64,000 nucleotides of DNA from Eledone cirrhosa (lineage: Eukaryota), in NCBI GenBank assembly GCA_964016885.1, contig OZ024750.1:48670001-48734000 (forward strand). The letters run 5' to 3'. Below, piece after piece: positions 28,975 to 43,876 of the stretch (the first letter of the stretch is position 1; the number at the start of each line of letters is the position of its first letter). The notes beneath the pieces were generated by a model, which was given only the letters and a program-made list of their open reading frames with translations, made no database searches and had not been told where the DNA came from. The translations under genes and the position numbers were made by a program.

Positions 28975-30530
28975 GATTTCCAGGCATATTGCCGGATCAA
29001 GGTGAGAACTGGATTACTCGAGATTATGTTTCTCGCTTTTCTTTTTCTCCATCGTCCACTTTCTTATATTGTAAACCACAATGTATTGTAATGGAGCAGT
29101 GCAAGTGACATTTTATGAAATTTCACTTACACAAGAAGAATTAAACTGAAGTATTTTCATTTTCATGGAAAGTATTTTACGTTTTATTTCCGTATCTATA
29201 GAGCAAACGTTAGTGATAAAGTATTATACGGTCTAAGGTATACTCTCATATATATATATAATAGAAATGTTTGTTTATTAATCAATGGATGAAGTGATTG
29301 TTGAATTGATGTGGCGAAAACGTTGTTATTGAGAATTAGAAGAAGAGGAAAACAAAACTGCTGGCTTATTTCATAAAATGTTGTGAAAAACAATAATACA
29401 TCAAAAGTGGGCAATACTTCAAAATATTCAGAAATGGGTTTCCATTAAAGATAAAGAAAAGGAATGTATTTCCATGAAGTATAAATATATTTCGATACGG
29501 TAGAATGTGAATCGTACAGAGTTCTCAGAAAAAGAGTGAGATATATAGAGAGAGGGGTGATATTGACTGTGAGAGTGTAGTTGTGGAATAGAGTAAAAGT
29601 ATAAAGTTTGCGTCTGTCGTATTCATTAAACGGTTGGCCGGGTTATCAATCAGAACTATAGCAAGACTGGTACGGATAAAATCGGTTGGCGTTTGAGAGG
29701 ACATACCGCCTCCAGCTTGCCTTTTGTATATCGTAACATATATCACATTAGATACGAAATACGTATACCTGCTTCATTGATATCTTCATATTCTATTAAA
29801 TAATACAAATATTTAACAAGCACATGTCTATATATATATATATATATATACATATATACATACACACATGAACATATACATGTGTATTTGCACACTTGTA
29901 TACATACACCCGTGCTCACAGACAGACAGACACACACACACATACTCGCACACACACACTTATATATATGTGTATATATATGCATGCGGAGATACACATA
30001 AAAGAGATATACCAATGCAAATAACATCAAAGATCAAAAGTGAAAAAGTTATTTAGTTTTTAAGACCAACGTTATTGGTAACAGCTAATGGACATTATAT
30101 TTCTGATGTATATTATCACATTTGACACTAGAAATAAAATCATTATTCAGTTATAGGTGATCGAATATTTACATTATATATTTTTGTCTTCATCAATATA
30201 TAATTTCACGAAAAAAGTTTTCGTGAAAGAAGTAATCATTTTTTTGTAGTTTTTTTTATATTTGTTTCTATTTTTTATTATATTTTATTTGCTATTATTA
30301 TTTTTTGTTTTTGTATTGTTTATAATATACTAGTATGTAATAAGCAGTTCTGTCATCAAAGGTCTTTACTTTTAAATATTATATACTGAAATTTATTTCC
30401 ACACGAACACGCACGTATGCGCTCTTGGTTTTCAGTGTGTCTGTTGTAGGGATGTATGTATTAACTATATTGAGGATACGAACGCAGCACATGCAAATTA
30501 GAATTTCCAGAGCCTCAATAATTCAAAGGA

Positions 30531-30612
<82 letters not shown>

Positions 30613-30656
30613 AGAGGGAGAGAGAGAGATAGAGAGAGAGTGATATATATATATAT

Positions 30657-30690
<34 letters not shown>

Positions 30691-31069
30691 CGAAGAGCCA
30701 TACATCGTTAGGGAAACATACATGCTTGAAAGTGGAAAACTTATTTTATTCCTTAAGGTACAATTTCAACATTTGTATCAGGATTGAAAATTGGATCTAA
30801 GCAATCCATTAACGAATACCATCTATCGAGTTTTGCTTCTCTGTACGCATTATGAAATGCTACCGTAACGAAGATAAACACTTTTCCACCTTAAGGTATA
30901 TAATTTTGCTTATATGATTTATATATATATAATAATGTAGTAAATATGATGCATTTCTCTTAGAATATATGACTCATTCTCTCTATGTATATACATATAT
31001 CTATTAATTTGAACTATATATATACACACACACACACACATATATATATATAAATAAATAAATACATAA

Positions 31070-31199
<130 letters not shown>

Positions 31200-31560
31200 T
31201 TATATATTTCAAGATAAGCAGAACAAGCAAAATTCAACCAATTTTTCAAAATAGATCAAAATTAATTTACAATTAAAATTAATCAAAATTAAAAAATATA
31301 ATATAAATATTTACCTATTCAAATAGCCCTTACTGTACAGTTTCACTTTGCAAAACATTAGATATAACATGGATATTAATGGAAAAATAAAGATCATGAG
31401 AGAAGCATTTTCCTTTCCTAGGGTTAAAAACCTCAGGAACGATAAAATATATGACCTCGTCTCCAACTGACACGAGTCTAAAGGTCGTAAGAGTGACCCG
31501 TATGTTCGTTGGTGTGAAGTGAAGGCGGGAAATCGTAGACTTCTTGTCTATATATATATA

Positions 31561-32335
31561 TAATTTAGCGGATTCGCATTTCGACGAGTAGAAAAACAGT
31601 AAAAAGCAACCTTCGATCTGCGTTGGCAAGCGCTCGATAGATACCAATGATTCAGAGCAATAGACATACGTTATAAAGGCCATACAAACTGATATGATGG
31701 TTATGCCATTAACCATGAAGCCAAAAAAAGGGATCAAGCTCATCGGGTTTTAAACAAAGAGATAAAATTAGATATTATTACCCGGACCGTCGAAAATTAT
31801 GTTAAAATCCAATACAGGGTTTCTGCGACTAAATCATAATAATGTCTGCTCAAAAAATAATAAAAATAAGCTTTTGGTATGAAGGATCAAACAAGGATGT
31901 CACTTTTTCAACATGTTTTTGTTCTTCGCCTGGCTTCAAACGTCACAGTATTCTGAATTTGAAAGCACATGTGGACCTTAAGAGGATGTAACCCCTAGTT
32001 TTGGCGAATGAATTCAGTATGTGGTTAATGCAAAATTGCAAATTTCACAAAACGAATAACATCTCAACCGGTTAGCTTTTTAAAACAAACTTAAGCGATT
32101 AATCAGTCAATAGAATTCTAAAAGAGTAACTAAAAAAAGCCAAAATAATTAACTGGTTAACTCGGAAGATTAATACAAATATAATTTAGCGAGAATCTCA
32201 TTTCGGCGAGTAGAAAAAGAGCGAAAAGCAACCTTCGATATGTGTTGGGAAACGCTCCATAGATACGAATGATCCAGAGCAATAAACATACGTTAAAAAG
32301 AGCAAGCTGATATGATGGTTATGCCTTTAGCTACA
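31561..32335. repeat. Diverged direct repeat pair (about 31561-31715 and 32183-32335)
   Basis: TAATTTAGCG..CATTTCGRCGAGTAGAAAAA..AAAAGCAACCTTCGAT..CTGATATGATGGTTATGCC occurs twice. Confidence 0.7.
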
Positions 32336-32349
32336 AGCCCAAAAAACGC

Positions 32350-32384
<35 letters not shown>

Positions 32385-32412
32385 ATCAAAAGATGGTTAA
32401 AAGAGTTCCATG

Positions 32413-32483
32413 TATTTTATTATGCGCATTTCAAAAACAAATATCATCATGCAATAACATTTGTATTTTCGTCAGATAAAATA
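32413..32483 (-). ncRNA. Hammerhead ribozyme (UGCGCA loop family)
   Basis: Minus strand: TATTTTAT-CTGACGA-AAATACAAATGTTAT..ATGATATTTGTTTTT-GAAA-TGCGCA-TA|ATAAAATA. Confidence 0.85.
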
Positions 32484-32572
32484 GGGAGACGTTATATGAA
32501 GGTTAATACACACTTGTGAATACTGCAGTTTTAAATCAACATATTATTGTACTACAATAAAACTCACCTCCT

Positions 32573-32602
<30 letters not shown>

Positions 32603-32604
<2 letters not shown>

Positions 32605-32693
32605 CGAAGGAAATGTGGTAAGGAACCAGGTGGAGTCCAGAATTAGACGTTGAAACGGCTTGAGCTCAGCCGTCGTGGTCCTACTCGTTCCTA
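32603..32693. mobile_element. Rearranged 'GAAACGGC' family fragment
   Basis: Inverted tail AACGAAGGAAATGTGGTAAGGAACCAGGTGG joined to GAGTCCAGAATTAG..GAAACGGCTTGAGCTCAGC; embedded in (TA)n. Confidence 0.75.
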
Positions 32694-32765
32694 TATATAT
32701 ATATATATATATATATTTATAATATATATATATATATATATATGCTGGAGTGTTGTGTATGATAT

Positions 32766-32818
<53 letters not shown>

Positions 32819-32948
32819 ATGAAGCAAATGCCACAAACAACGGTTTTACCAGACATGTCAACATGAAAAGACCAGTTATTGTTATCTGAGGACATTATTT
32901 TCTAATTCCATCCCGCCCGTCCACTCAATCAATTTTATTTCTCATTCT

Positions 32949-32987
32949 TTCTTCTGATGAAGGACAAACAATCCGAAACGTTAATAA
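32949..32987 (+). ncRNA. Minimal hammerhead-like motif
   Basis: TTCTT-CTGATGA-AGGA CAAACAA TCC-GAAA-CG-TT|AATAA; AACGTT palindrome; one mismatch in stem I. Confidence 0.6.
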
Positions 32988-33076
32988 CATCAACCTCTTC
33001 CTGCTATATCAAGCGTTAACCTAATATATCCCTGCGATATACATTACCGATTGTGTTGTTATTTCTGTTTACCTTT

Positions 33077-33149
<73 letters not shown>

Positions 33150-33164
33150 GTTCCCGTCCAAGTT

Positions 33165-33613
<449 letters not shown>

Positions 33614-34011
33614 TGTTTGTTTTGCGATGTTTTTGATATGAAATCGTGTGTCGAAACAAATATTGTTATACTTGGGGAGGGTCATATTGTTGTAATAATA
33701 TTGCCAGAAATAATAACAGAACACACTCACTCTTTGGTTTACTTTCGCTTCTGTATCTTTTTTTTATATCCATGCTTAATTCCTTTGGTCCTTGAAGTTT
33801 ATCATTGACTGACCAACGTTAAAAAATACAGATATAAACACATATATATAGTCTAACACAATTCTTTCGTTGCACATCTGCAACATCATCAGTGGTACTA
33901 TTATGTCCCTCTTGTTGCATTGTAATTCTACTCCATTTTTACATAACCGAAAAGCAACCTTGTTATTATTTCTGGCAATATATTTACAACAATATGACCC
34001 TCCCTAAGTTT

Positions 34012-34081
<70 letters not shown>

Positions 34082-34282
34082 CGTTTCTGAGGTGGCATGA
34101 CCCCCCCAAACTATAACAATATATATATAAACATATGGAAGTTAACAAAGAAAGGACAATACAACGAACGGAAAGAAATTAAAACGAAAAACATTTTTTT
34201 GAAGGGTAATTTTTAAAAATTTAATCTAAAAAAAATAAATATACAAATGAAGTCACAGAACACCGTGTTTATCAGCCGTTCA

Positions 34283-34453
34283 GGTGGATTTGCTCAGTTT
34301 CGCCCCTATATATGGGCTTACACGGCCCTTGCCATTCTGAGTTCAAATCCCGCCGAGGTTAACTTTGCCTTTCATCCTTACGGGGTCGATAAAATAAAGT
34401 ACCAGTAATGCACTGGGTAATTGCTGGCCTTGTGCCAAAAGTAGAAACAATTA
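34283..34453 (+). mobile_element. SINE family A
   Basis: GAGTTCAAATCCCGCCGAGGTTAACTTTGCCTTTCATCCTTACGGGGTCGATAAAATAAAGTACCAG...GTAGAAACAATTA. Confidence 0.85.
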
Positions 34454-35703
34454 TCTGACATAATCCAATATCTATCCAAATGAGCAAGAGACGAACGACA
34501 AACTAACATATAGCCGTTAAGCTACAAACCAAGAGTATATATACAAAAATAAATATGTATAGAGATAGTTGAATGGGGCACCGGTTGATTAGGATGTTAT
34601 AGTTGTCAAAGTGTAAATTTCAAGAAATTCAAAAAAGGTTTAGCTAAATACATTTTAGTGAAATTCTCTAATATCCAAACATGAAATAGTTATTTTTGTC
34701 AAATGATAACTTTTCTCTTTATATTGTGGTGTGTTTATTTGTGATTGTATACGTGCGTGGATATGTGTGGGCAAGACATCCGATGTGTATGTTGTTGAAT
34801 ATATACACATATAGATTCGCTTAAACATGTTTGTGAAAATTCATTTTAGAATCTAATGGATAACAATTATACTTTTTGTGTGGTTTATATTTGTTAATAA
34901 ATTGCTTTTGTAGTATTCACTTTTTCTCTTTTCCAGTAATTGAATACATGTATATGTGTGTGTGTGTATGTGTGTGTATGTGTGTGTGTGTGTGTGCGTG
35001 CGCGTGTGTGTGTGAAAAAAGAGCGAGAGAGACAGAGTGAAAGTGATAGAGAGATGTTTATGCTCACGAATATACATATTCATTAATTACAGCAATTTAT
35101 AGAATACATAAATGAAAGACATTCTTTTATAATCTCTATCGTAAAGATTTCCGATATTTTTTCGTCAGATATTAAACAGTAGTTTTACTTCGATAGTGTG
35201 CAAGAATCGATTTAAAAAGTCGTGAAAGCACCTATTATATGAGAACAATATACTACTAAATTATCAACCTCTACCTTACGTCATCTAATATCCACACACG
35301 CCGAAATGAATGAATACGTTATTGAAAGAAAGTAATTAAATTTTGCTATATAATTATGTTTTGTTATATAAAAAATATGAGAATAGAGATTAGATATAAA
35401 TAGTCTTTCCTTTTTTTTTTGTTTTTTTTTTAGTTAATTAGATTGAAATTTTGCCGGCAGAAATCAATTTACTAATTATTCCTGTAAATGCTACAGGGCT
35501 GTTCGACCTGTTAAAAGTAACAGCCTAGACTACCTTGAAATTATCCACCGCCTTAAACAATGAAATGCCCAATGGTATAATGTAGTGGTAAAACAGGCGA
35601 TGTGTCAATATAGGAATATATTGTGGAAGAAGACTCATCAAGCTAGGTTGATCTAAGTTTGAAATAATCAACATCGTACATATACATAATTCATATATTA
35701 AAC

Positions 35704-35756
<53 letters not shown>

Positions 35757-35846
35757 ACAACTCTGTATATACATATATTATATATATAGAACAATCAAAA
35801 TTGCTATATAAACGCTAATTAATACCTTATGTATATGTATATATAT

Positions 35847-35913
<67 letters not shown>

Positions 35914-35918
<5 letters not shown>

Positions 35919-36107
35919 ATGTATGACCCCGACGGCAGAGCTCAAGCCGTTTCGACGGCTATTTCTGGAATCAGAAATAGCCGTCGAAACGGCTTCAGCC
36001 CTGCCGTCGAGGTCATATATTTTCCTATTAACAACTCTACTACCCTAAGTATTGAGTACTCTGGTGCGTTAAGGTCCATATGGTTCCTTACCACAACTCC
36101 TTCGTTG
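35914..36107. mobile_element. Fold-back element, 'GAAACGGC' family (copy 4)
   Basis: Arms GCCGTTTCGACGGCTATTTCTG / CAGAAATAGCCGTCGAAACGGC; (TA)n flanks. Confidence 0.85.
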
Positions 36108-36124
36108 TATATATATATATATAT

Positions 36125-36155
<31 letters not shown>

Positions 36156-36315
36156 TACATATATAGATAAGGTATTAATTAGCGTGTGCATAGCTATTTT
36201 GTTGGTTTGGTGTCGTAATTTATATATATATATATCCTAAGAATTTGAAATGCTACAACAGAATCTATATCATCTCGGATATTAATTACCAGCATATTTA
36301 TATAAATGTAATAAA

Positions 36316-36493
36316 TGTTTCTACTTTTGGCACAAGACCAGCAATTATCCCAGTGTATTACTGGTACTTTATTTTATCGTCCCCGTAAGGATGAAAGGCA
36401 AAGTTAACCTCGACGGCATTTGAACTCAGAATGGCAAGGGATGTAACTCTATGCGTCAAAGCATGGCGTCCGACTCTCTACCGATGCTGCCAA
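36316..36493 (-). mobile_element. SINE family A, near full length
   Basis: Tail, core, B box and A-box-like TTGGCAGCATCGGTAGA on the minus strand. Confidence 0.85.
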
Positions 36494-38068
36494 TGTGGAA
36501 TACATTCCTTCCTCAAGCGTTTTGAGATCACAATCTTAGAAGACAAAGCACTCCATTGTAAACAGATTTTGCCTTATACAAATTTAGCAAATTCAGATTT
36601 CGTTCACTATTGAGATAACTATATTGGTACATGACATTTTCCATAACTTATCACAAATGGCTTTTGTGTGTAATTAGTAGAAAACAATTGTGCATATATT
36701 TCCGTAAAATATATTGGTGAAAGATGGAGACTTGGTCAAGAAAACCGATAAAGTGCACTTTCAAATAAAGATTCCCTGTTTGTTTTTCACATCCAATTAT
36801 TCCCTGTCAAGATTTGCGTGTATATTGGGCTATAATGGCTTACAAGAGGCTCAGTACTTGGTCTGTATATACCTTTCAGTGATGTACCCTGAACGATTAA
36901 CAGAGTCGCAGCATTGTATTTAATCATGGCGGAGCTCATTATTCTCCAGTTACCCACTCAGTGATTTCATCCAGTAAAGAAGAATAGAATAGCTTAGGAG
37001 GGAGAGAGATTAAACGAGGCAAAAAGATAAAAGAAGCCAAACTTCAGTAATTTAGTACCGGATTGTAACTTTATACATCGCATTGAAAAGTTGAAGGGCT
37101 CAGATGATTTCCCTAGGATTTGAACACAAAATGCAGACAGCCTGAATGAATACTACAAAGCATCATTTTCCGCCGTTCTAACGGCTTTGGCATTTCGTTA
37201 CCCTCTGTATATATTTTATCTACGCCTGTTATAATTGAAACACAACCGCCACGGTGGCATCTTGTTTTAAAAGAAAGGATCTTAACTATATACAGCAAAA
37301 TATATTGTCCAATGTTCTACACATACTACCTAAAAGACACTCTTTTATATCGTTATTATTTCAAATAGTTGTTATATAATAAATTAATCGTGTCTCTATT
37401 TCTACAGAATTTCTTTGGAATGTCATCTGCTTTTCAGAAACTAAAACGTGTTTATAAAGCAAAACAATTATTTCCTTTTGCAGAGACGAACACATATTCA
37501 TCACGCAAACTAATAATCTATTCAGGAAAACAAACGTATTAATTGCTTCTTTGACATTGTTTTTAGTATTTTCTTTTATTGTTTTCTGCATTTTGTAAAA
37601 CATAGAATGTGAATAATAATATACATGGCAGACAATGCATTTGTGTATTTCATTATTGTTTCCTTCATAATATAAATAATGGAAATATTATATCCTTTGT
37701 AAGTTTCATGAGATATGTTCACACAACAATATAATCAGGATAGTGACACGACAAACATCTTCTGTTAATTCATATACATGACACATTTTTCTGAAAGGTG
37801 AACAATAATAATTTCTAGCAGAGAAAAAAAGACACGATATTTGAACTGGGAACAATCAGACTATCATGACGGTAGGTAATGCAAATGTTTACCTCAGTAT
37901 GGTTTAAACAGGTACAGAAATTGTAGTTCTGTCTTGTTTTCTTTTCTTATACCTTTGATATCTTCTTTTTTACTTTTGTATCCTTCTATCTTCCATTGAA
38001 GAACCAGCGCCCGAAAGGCTTTGAAGCCCTTTTCTTAATACGTTAGGCGTTGAAATAAATATCATATG

Positions 38069-38179
<111 letters not shown>

Positions 38180-38259
38180 GTATATAAGGGAGAGGATCAG
38201 GAGTGTGTAACACTCCACTTGGATTTGTTATTGCTTGTGTAATATGTAATCACTCTTTA

Positions 38260-38305
38260 TGCTCTGATGAGTCCCACTTATAGTGTGGACGAAACACTGT
38301 CAGCA
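38260..38305 (+). ncRNA. Hammerhead ribozyme, canonical core with GUC site
   Basis: TGCT-CTGATGA-GTCC CAC TTATA GTG T GGAC-GAAA-CACTG-TC|AGCA; outer TCTTTA/TAAAGA. Confidence 0.9.
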
Positions 38306-38342
38306 AGTAAAGATATACCTATGCTCTAAGCGTTCTTTGTTG

Positions 38343-38379
<37 letters not shown>

Positions 38380-38382
<3 letters not shown>

Positions 38383-38970
38383 GTAATCTGAGTTTTTCGA
38401 ATATTAATAATAACATTCGATTCGTTGGCACCTATGCAAACAAGCCTCATTTTTAAAGCCATAATTGCAAGCGAATCGAATGTTTTTATTAATATTCGAT
38501 ACATTCAGGTTACATTTAATCTATTCAGCCATGTAGAGCCACATTTAAAAAAAAATTATCTGAATGTGGCAAAGCCACCCACTTATCGCTCTTACACAGG
38601 AAACTGACTGGCCAGTCTGCTGATATGCAAATCTGGCTGATCAGTGGATCGGCCAATATGCAAATGTGACTGATCAGCCAGTCTGTTAATATGCAAATCA
38701 TGCCGATCAGTCACAGTATATTTTAGAAAATAGCATATATTTTCACTAGCTCTGAAATTGGCAGGTGAACAGTGAGCTGTACTGATGAAGAGTGATGCCC
38801 AGAAACATTAGTGTATTTAGTTATGTTTACATGCCAACACAGAGCAAGAATGAAGGGTTCATTCTACTGACATGGTTTTAAAAAATGAGGCTCGTTTGCA
38901 TAACTGCAAACAAATCGAATGTTATTATTAATATTCGAAAAACTCAGATTACATTTAATGTATTCAGCCA
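38380..38970. mobile_element. Inverted plus partial-tandem pLTR-like element with decayed HHR (38776-38821)
   Basis: 38380-38462 is the reverse complement of about 38872-38956. HHR: GCTGTA-CTGATGA-AGAGTGATGCCCA-GAAA-CATTAGTG-TA|TTTAGT. Confidence 0.65.
38625..38698 (+). promoter_or_regulatory. Three octamer motifs (ATGCAAAT) in a 33-bp tandem repeat
   Basis: ATGCAAAT at 38625, 38658 and 38691, each followed by GATCAG. Function is inferred only. Confidence 0.45.
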
Positions 38971-39104
38971 TGCATATCGAATTTCTTTTTTATTAAATGG
39001 TTATCTACCTAGCTATGTGTGCTTACATACTTTACAAATTATTCCCTGTGATTGTTCCATATGTTTATTTTATATATATATATATATGTCAATATATTTC
39101 TAGT

Positions 39105-39175
<71 letters not shown>

Positions 39176-39531
39176 GGAGGTGAGTTTTATTGTAGTACAA
39201 TAAAGCAATGCAAATATCGGATAACTAGCACTTTACAGTTTGTAGGACTGGATTATAAATAATATAAATAATATGAGATCGAAAGATGGTTAAAAGATTG
39301 AAACTTCACTATTCACAAGTGTTTTTTAAGCTTCATATCATGTATCCCTATTTTATCTGATGCAAACGCAGATATCCTCCCATGATGATATTTGTTTTTG
39401 AAATGCGCATAATAAAATACTTGGAACTCTTTTAAGTATCTTTCGATCTTATATTATATATATCTGGTACTTACATAGAGCACTCTTCACTCCTATGACT
39501 TTTTCAATTTTCAACGGTAACTTCAATAACT

Positions 39532-39596
<65 letters not shown>

Positions 39597-39906
39597 AGAG
39601 AGAGATATATATAAGCAAGTATTGCACCAAGAAAAATATAAACATCGGTGAGAAAAGAGATTAGGAATTAATTTGTTTTAACATGTTTCTTTGTCTATGA
39701 TAATCGTCTACATATGTGAACTACAATATATATTGTTCAATCATATGCAATACTTAATTATTTATCACACTTCATTAGAAAGACTATACTTGTGGAAGTG
39801 ACTATTCATTACGTGGTAGAAATTTAGGATTATCTGAAATAATCTCCTCCACCTCTTTTTCCACCTCCTCCGCCTTATCTACATCCACCTCTACCACCAC
39901 CACCAC

Positions 39907-40653
<747 letters not shown>

Positions 40654-41316
40654 TGTATATTCTAAGACCTAACTGTACAGGCATTCATCATCGAAATATG
40701 TTCAAGCACCTCAACACCTCAACAGTAATAAATGCCTATTTCTAAAATTATACAACATTGGAATATTATTAGAAGCTAACTGAAATAGATGAATAATTGG
40801 TGTCAAGATGAAGAATGGGTTTGTAAGCCTGTTCCATATGAGTCGTTATGGAACAGCCGTCGGAGCATGCGAATAACCCTGCTGCAATATACGATCTGAA
40901 TGCTTGCATATCCATTGTCTCCTGACAGCAATGGTAATGCAGATTTATAGGGATTACTTTTGAAGAAACTTCCATTTGAATATATCAGATTCTCAGATAT
41001 TTTATTTTAGAAATGCCTTACAATTTCACAGGTGTAGCCTTTCCTCTTCTGGTATTCTTTTATATATTTTACTGGTATTCGTCTTGAGTTAGTTGCTCGT
41101 ATCGACCCAAGTAATTAATTTTCCATATCTGATTTTAATTTAATCAACCTCCTTTCTGTCGAACATAGATATAAATGTAACCACCGGAAATTTGAGCGAG
41201 CACACGCACAAGCATATGTTTATATATATATATATATATATATATATTACGTTATTCCGGGTTGAATCGGAGGTAACCACAGTAAGTAAGGTACTCAATA
41301 CATTGCAGAGTATAAA

Positions 41317-41422
41317 AGTTTTAATATAGATGAGATTCTACAGGACTAGAACTGTTTCATCCTGATGATTTCTAAAGAATGAAACAGTTCTAGTCCTGTA
41401 GAATCTCATCTATATTAAAACT
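41317..41422. repeat. Perfect ~44-bp-arm palindrome centred on an HHR core
   Basis: AGTTTTAATATAGATGAGATTCTACAGGACTAGAACTGTTTCAT and its reverse complement. The centre reads CTGATGA-TTTC TAAA GAAT-GAAA. Confidence 0.85.
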
Positions 41423-41480
41423 ATATATATATATATATATAATAAATACAATATCGGAGAAAGCTTCCAACTCACATATG

Positions 41481-41512
<32 letters not shown>

Positions 41513-42311
41513 ATAAATACAATATCGGAGAAAGCTTCCAACTCACTCAACAAACATTAAGCCAAATTCCAACTCAATCAACAAACATTAGGAAATAAGT
41601 GATTATATTCCCAATTATGCGTTCGGGGTGCTAACTAAAGGTATCGCGTGGAAAATTGGCTGTATTATTTCAAATGAGACATATCTAATATATCTCTTCC
41701 CAGACGACCGTCTCGTTTCATTATGAGATTCCTACAATTTGGGTTAAATTATACCAATTTATGTAGGAGCTTGTATACCATCAATAGATATATATTCAAG
41801 TGGGCTCCTATAATTCATCAGTGGGTGCCCCAATGATACTAATATTGATAATCTAACCAACATCAGTATTTAGCGATAATGATCATCTGTGCCTGAGGTA
41901 TATGTCAGGTTGCCAGTCCAGCAGTTCTAAAGAAATGCTCAAACTGATTAAAAAATGTGGAAGTAAATTACCGCCAAAAAAAACAATACATACGTATGAC
42001 AATGAACTCTAAAAGGAATTCAGGCCACGTGCTAAGAACTCAATTGGAAATTGAAAAAATATCTATGTGTGTACAACATATGATGTGACACACAGATATT
42101 TTCTCCGGCAAAATAACAGAATGAGATATAAGGAACAATCAATATTCATATATAAAAAATAAACCAAGAAATACTAACCTTATATATATATATATAAACA
42201 TATGGCTGTGCGTGTGGTCGCTCAAATTTGCGGTGGTTACATTTATATCTATATTCCTAATTAAACTATTTTTCACTGGGAACAATTTGTTAGCATTTTG
42301 TTTTCCGTTTA

Positions 42312-42404
<93 letters not shown>

Positions 42405-42406
<2 letters not shown>

Positions 42407-42671
42407 AAAGTTATATTTAAATTGTTGGGTTAACAACGAGTAAATATTTATAACTGATATAAAAGCACTCAACAAGTATTTGGAGTATATTTATGATATT
42501 AAATAAATGGAAACTATATTTATAAAACCATATTTATTTCGTTATATATATTTCAGGGATATCATATTAACAATATGTTATGCCTTCTTCAGACAAAATA
42601 CAATATAAACAGTCATATAAATAAATAGATACGACATACCTTTCAATCACCTTGCATTTAGGAGGTTGATT

Positions 42672-42704
<33 letters not shown>

Positions 42705-42960
42705 GCAGAGGTTATATTTAATATGTTGGGATTCAACAAGCTTAAAGATGTTTATAACTGATATAATGCACTCAACTGATAGTGGAGTAAATATTCAATA
42801 TATTAATAAATGGAAACTATATTTATAAAACCACAATTATTTTATTATATATATTTCAAGGGCAACCAAGGCACATTTTGGTGCGCTTTCATCAGATAAA
42901 ATACAAATTTGTTTTATAAATATTGACATACCCGCATAAAGACAGCCTTAACGGTTGAGG
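42405..42960 (-). mobile_element. Two tandem diverged pLTR-like units, each with an HHR (42536-42599, 42839-42902)
   Basis: Minus-strand cores CTGAAGA and CTGATGA, both with GAAA-TATATA-TA; spacing about 303 bp; same family as 8600 and 24450. Confidence 0.8.
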
Positions 42961-43785
42961 TTCGCTGGTTAGGGGAAACAATATTTTATTGAGGGTGATT
43001 CAAAGTTATGAGTAATTATGCAAATGAGTGTCAGCAAAATTGAAATAAACAACGCTTTATTTAAATTAAACTGTGGGAAGAAATTAGTGAAAGGGAGAGA
43101 GAAAACATATTGAAAGGTATAGAAAAAGAATAACGAAAGGGAGAGAGAAAAAAAAGAGAAAGAGAGAAGAAGAAAGAAAAAGGGTGATAAAAAGGGAGAA
43201 AGAAAGAGAGACAAGATTGTGCAGAGTGATAGTGAAGAACATGTAAGGAAGAGCGAGCGAAGAAATGAGCTTTTCCAGGGATGGATACTCAAATCGTAAA
43301 TATAGCGTTCATTATGATATGTTTATATTAAACTTAATACTATATATATAATGATAAGTTAAGAATTAAATTAAGAATAAATAAAATTACTGTTAAATTT
43401 AATTAAAAATAAGAAGTATTTAAAATATATTAAGATGTAATAATATATGAGTTTTGATGGGTATGTTATGTTATAGATGATCAATTATTTAAATGTATAG
43501 TATTTTACATTGGAAACATATTTAGTATCTAGTTTTGTTTATTTAATTAAAGTAAGTTTGGCAAAATTATATTTAGCCAGAATTTGTTAATAGTTGTAAA
43601 TCAAATCTTAGACACCTAAAAAATTCCAAAGATTACGAAAAATTACGACAGTTTACAAAGGATTATATTAAAACCATTTAACAATTCAGACTATAAATTA
43701 AGACTATAAAAATTGAGATTATAAGAAAACAATAAGGACGTTTAAAGGAAGTTTAAAATGTATTTAAAAAAAAAAATCAAATGAC

Positions 43786-43873
<88 letters not shown>

Positions 43874-43876
<3 letters not shown>

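Noticed and set aside
35130-35172. Minus-strand CTGACGA..GAAA
   Set aside because: Stem II and stem I do not pair convincingly.
36700-37520. Non-repetitive stretch screened for exons
   Set aside because: No frame with convincing splice sites and recognisable protein similarity.
40769-40975. 68-aa ORF and 10-bp hairpin CTGTTCCATA/TATGGAACAG next to GCATGCTCCGA
   Set aside because: No recognisable protein. It resembles the 5' side of the CCGA group but lacks GAAA, so support is insufficient.
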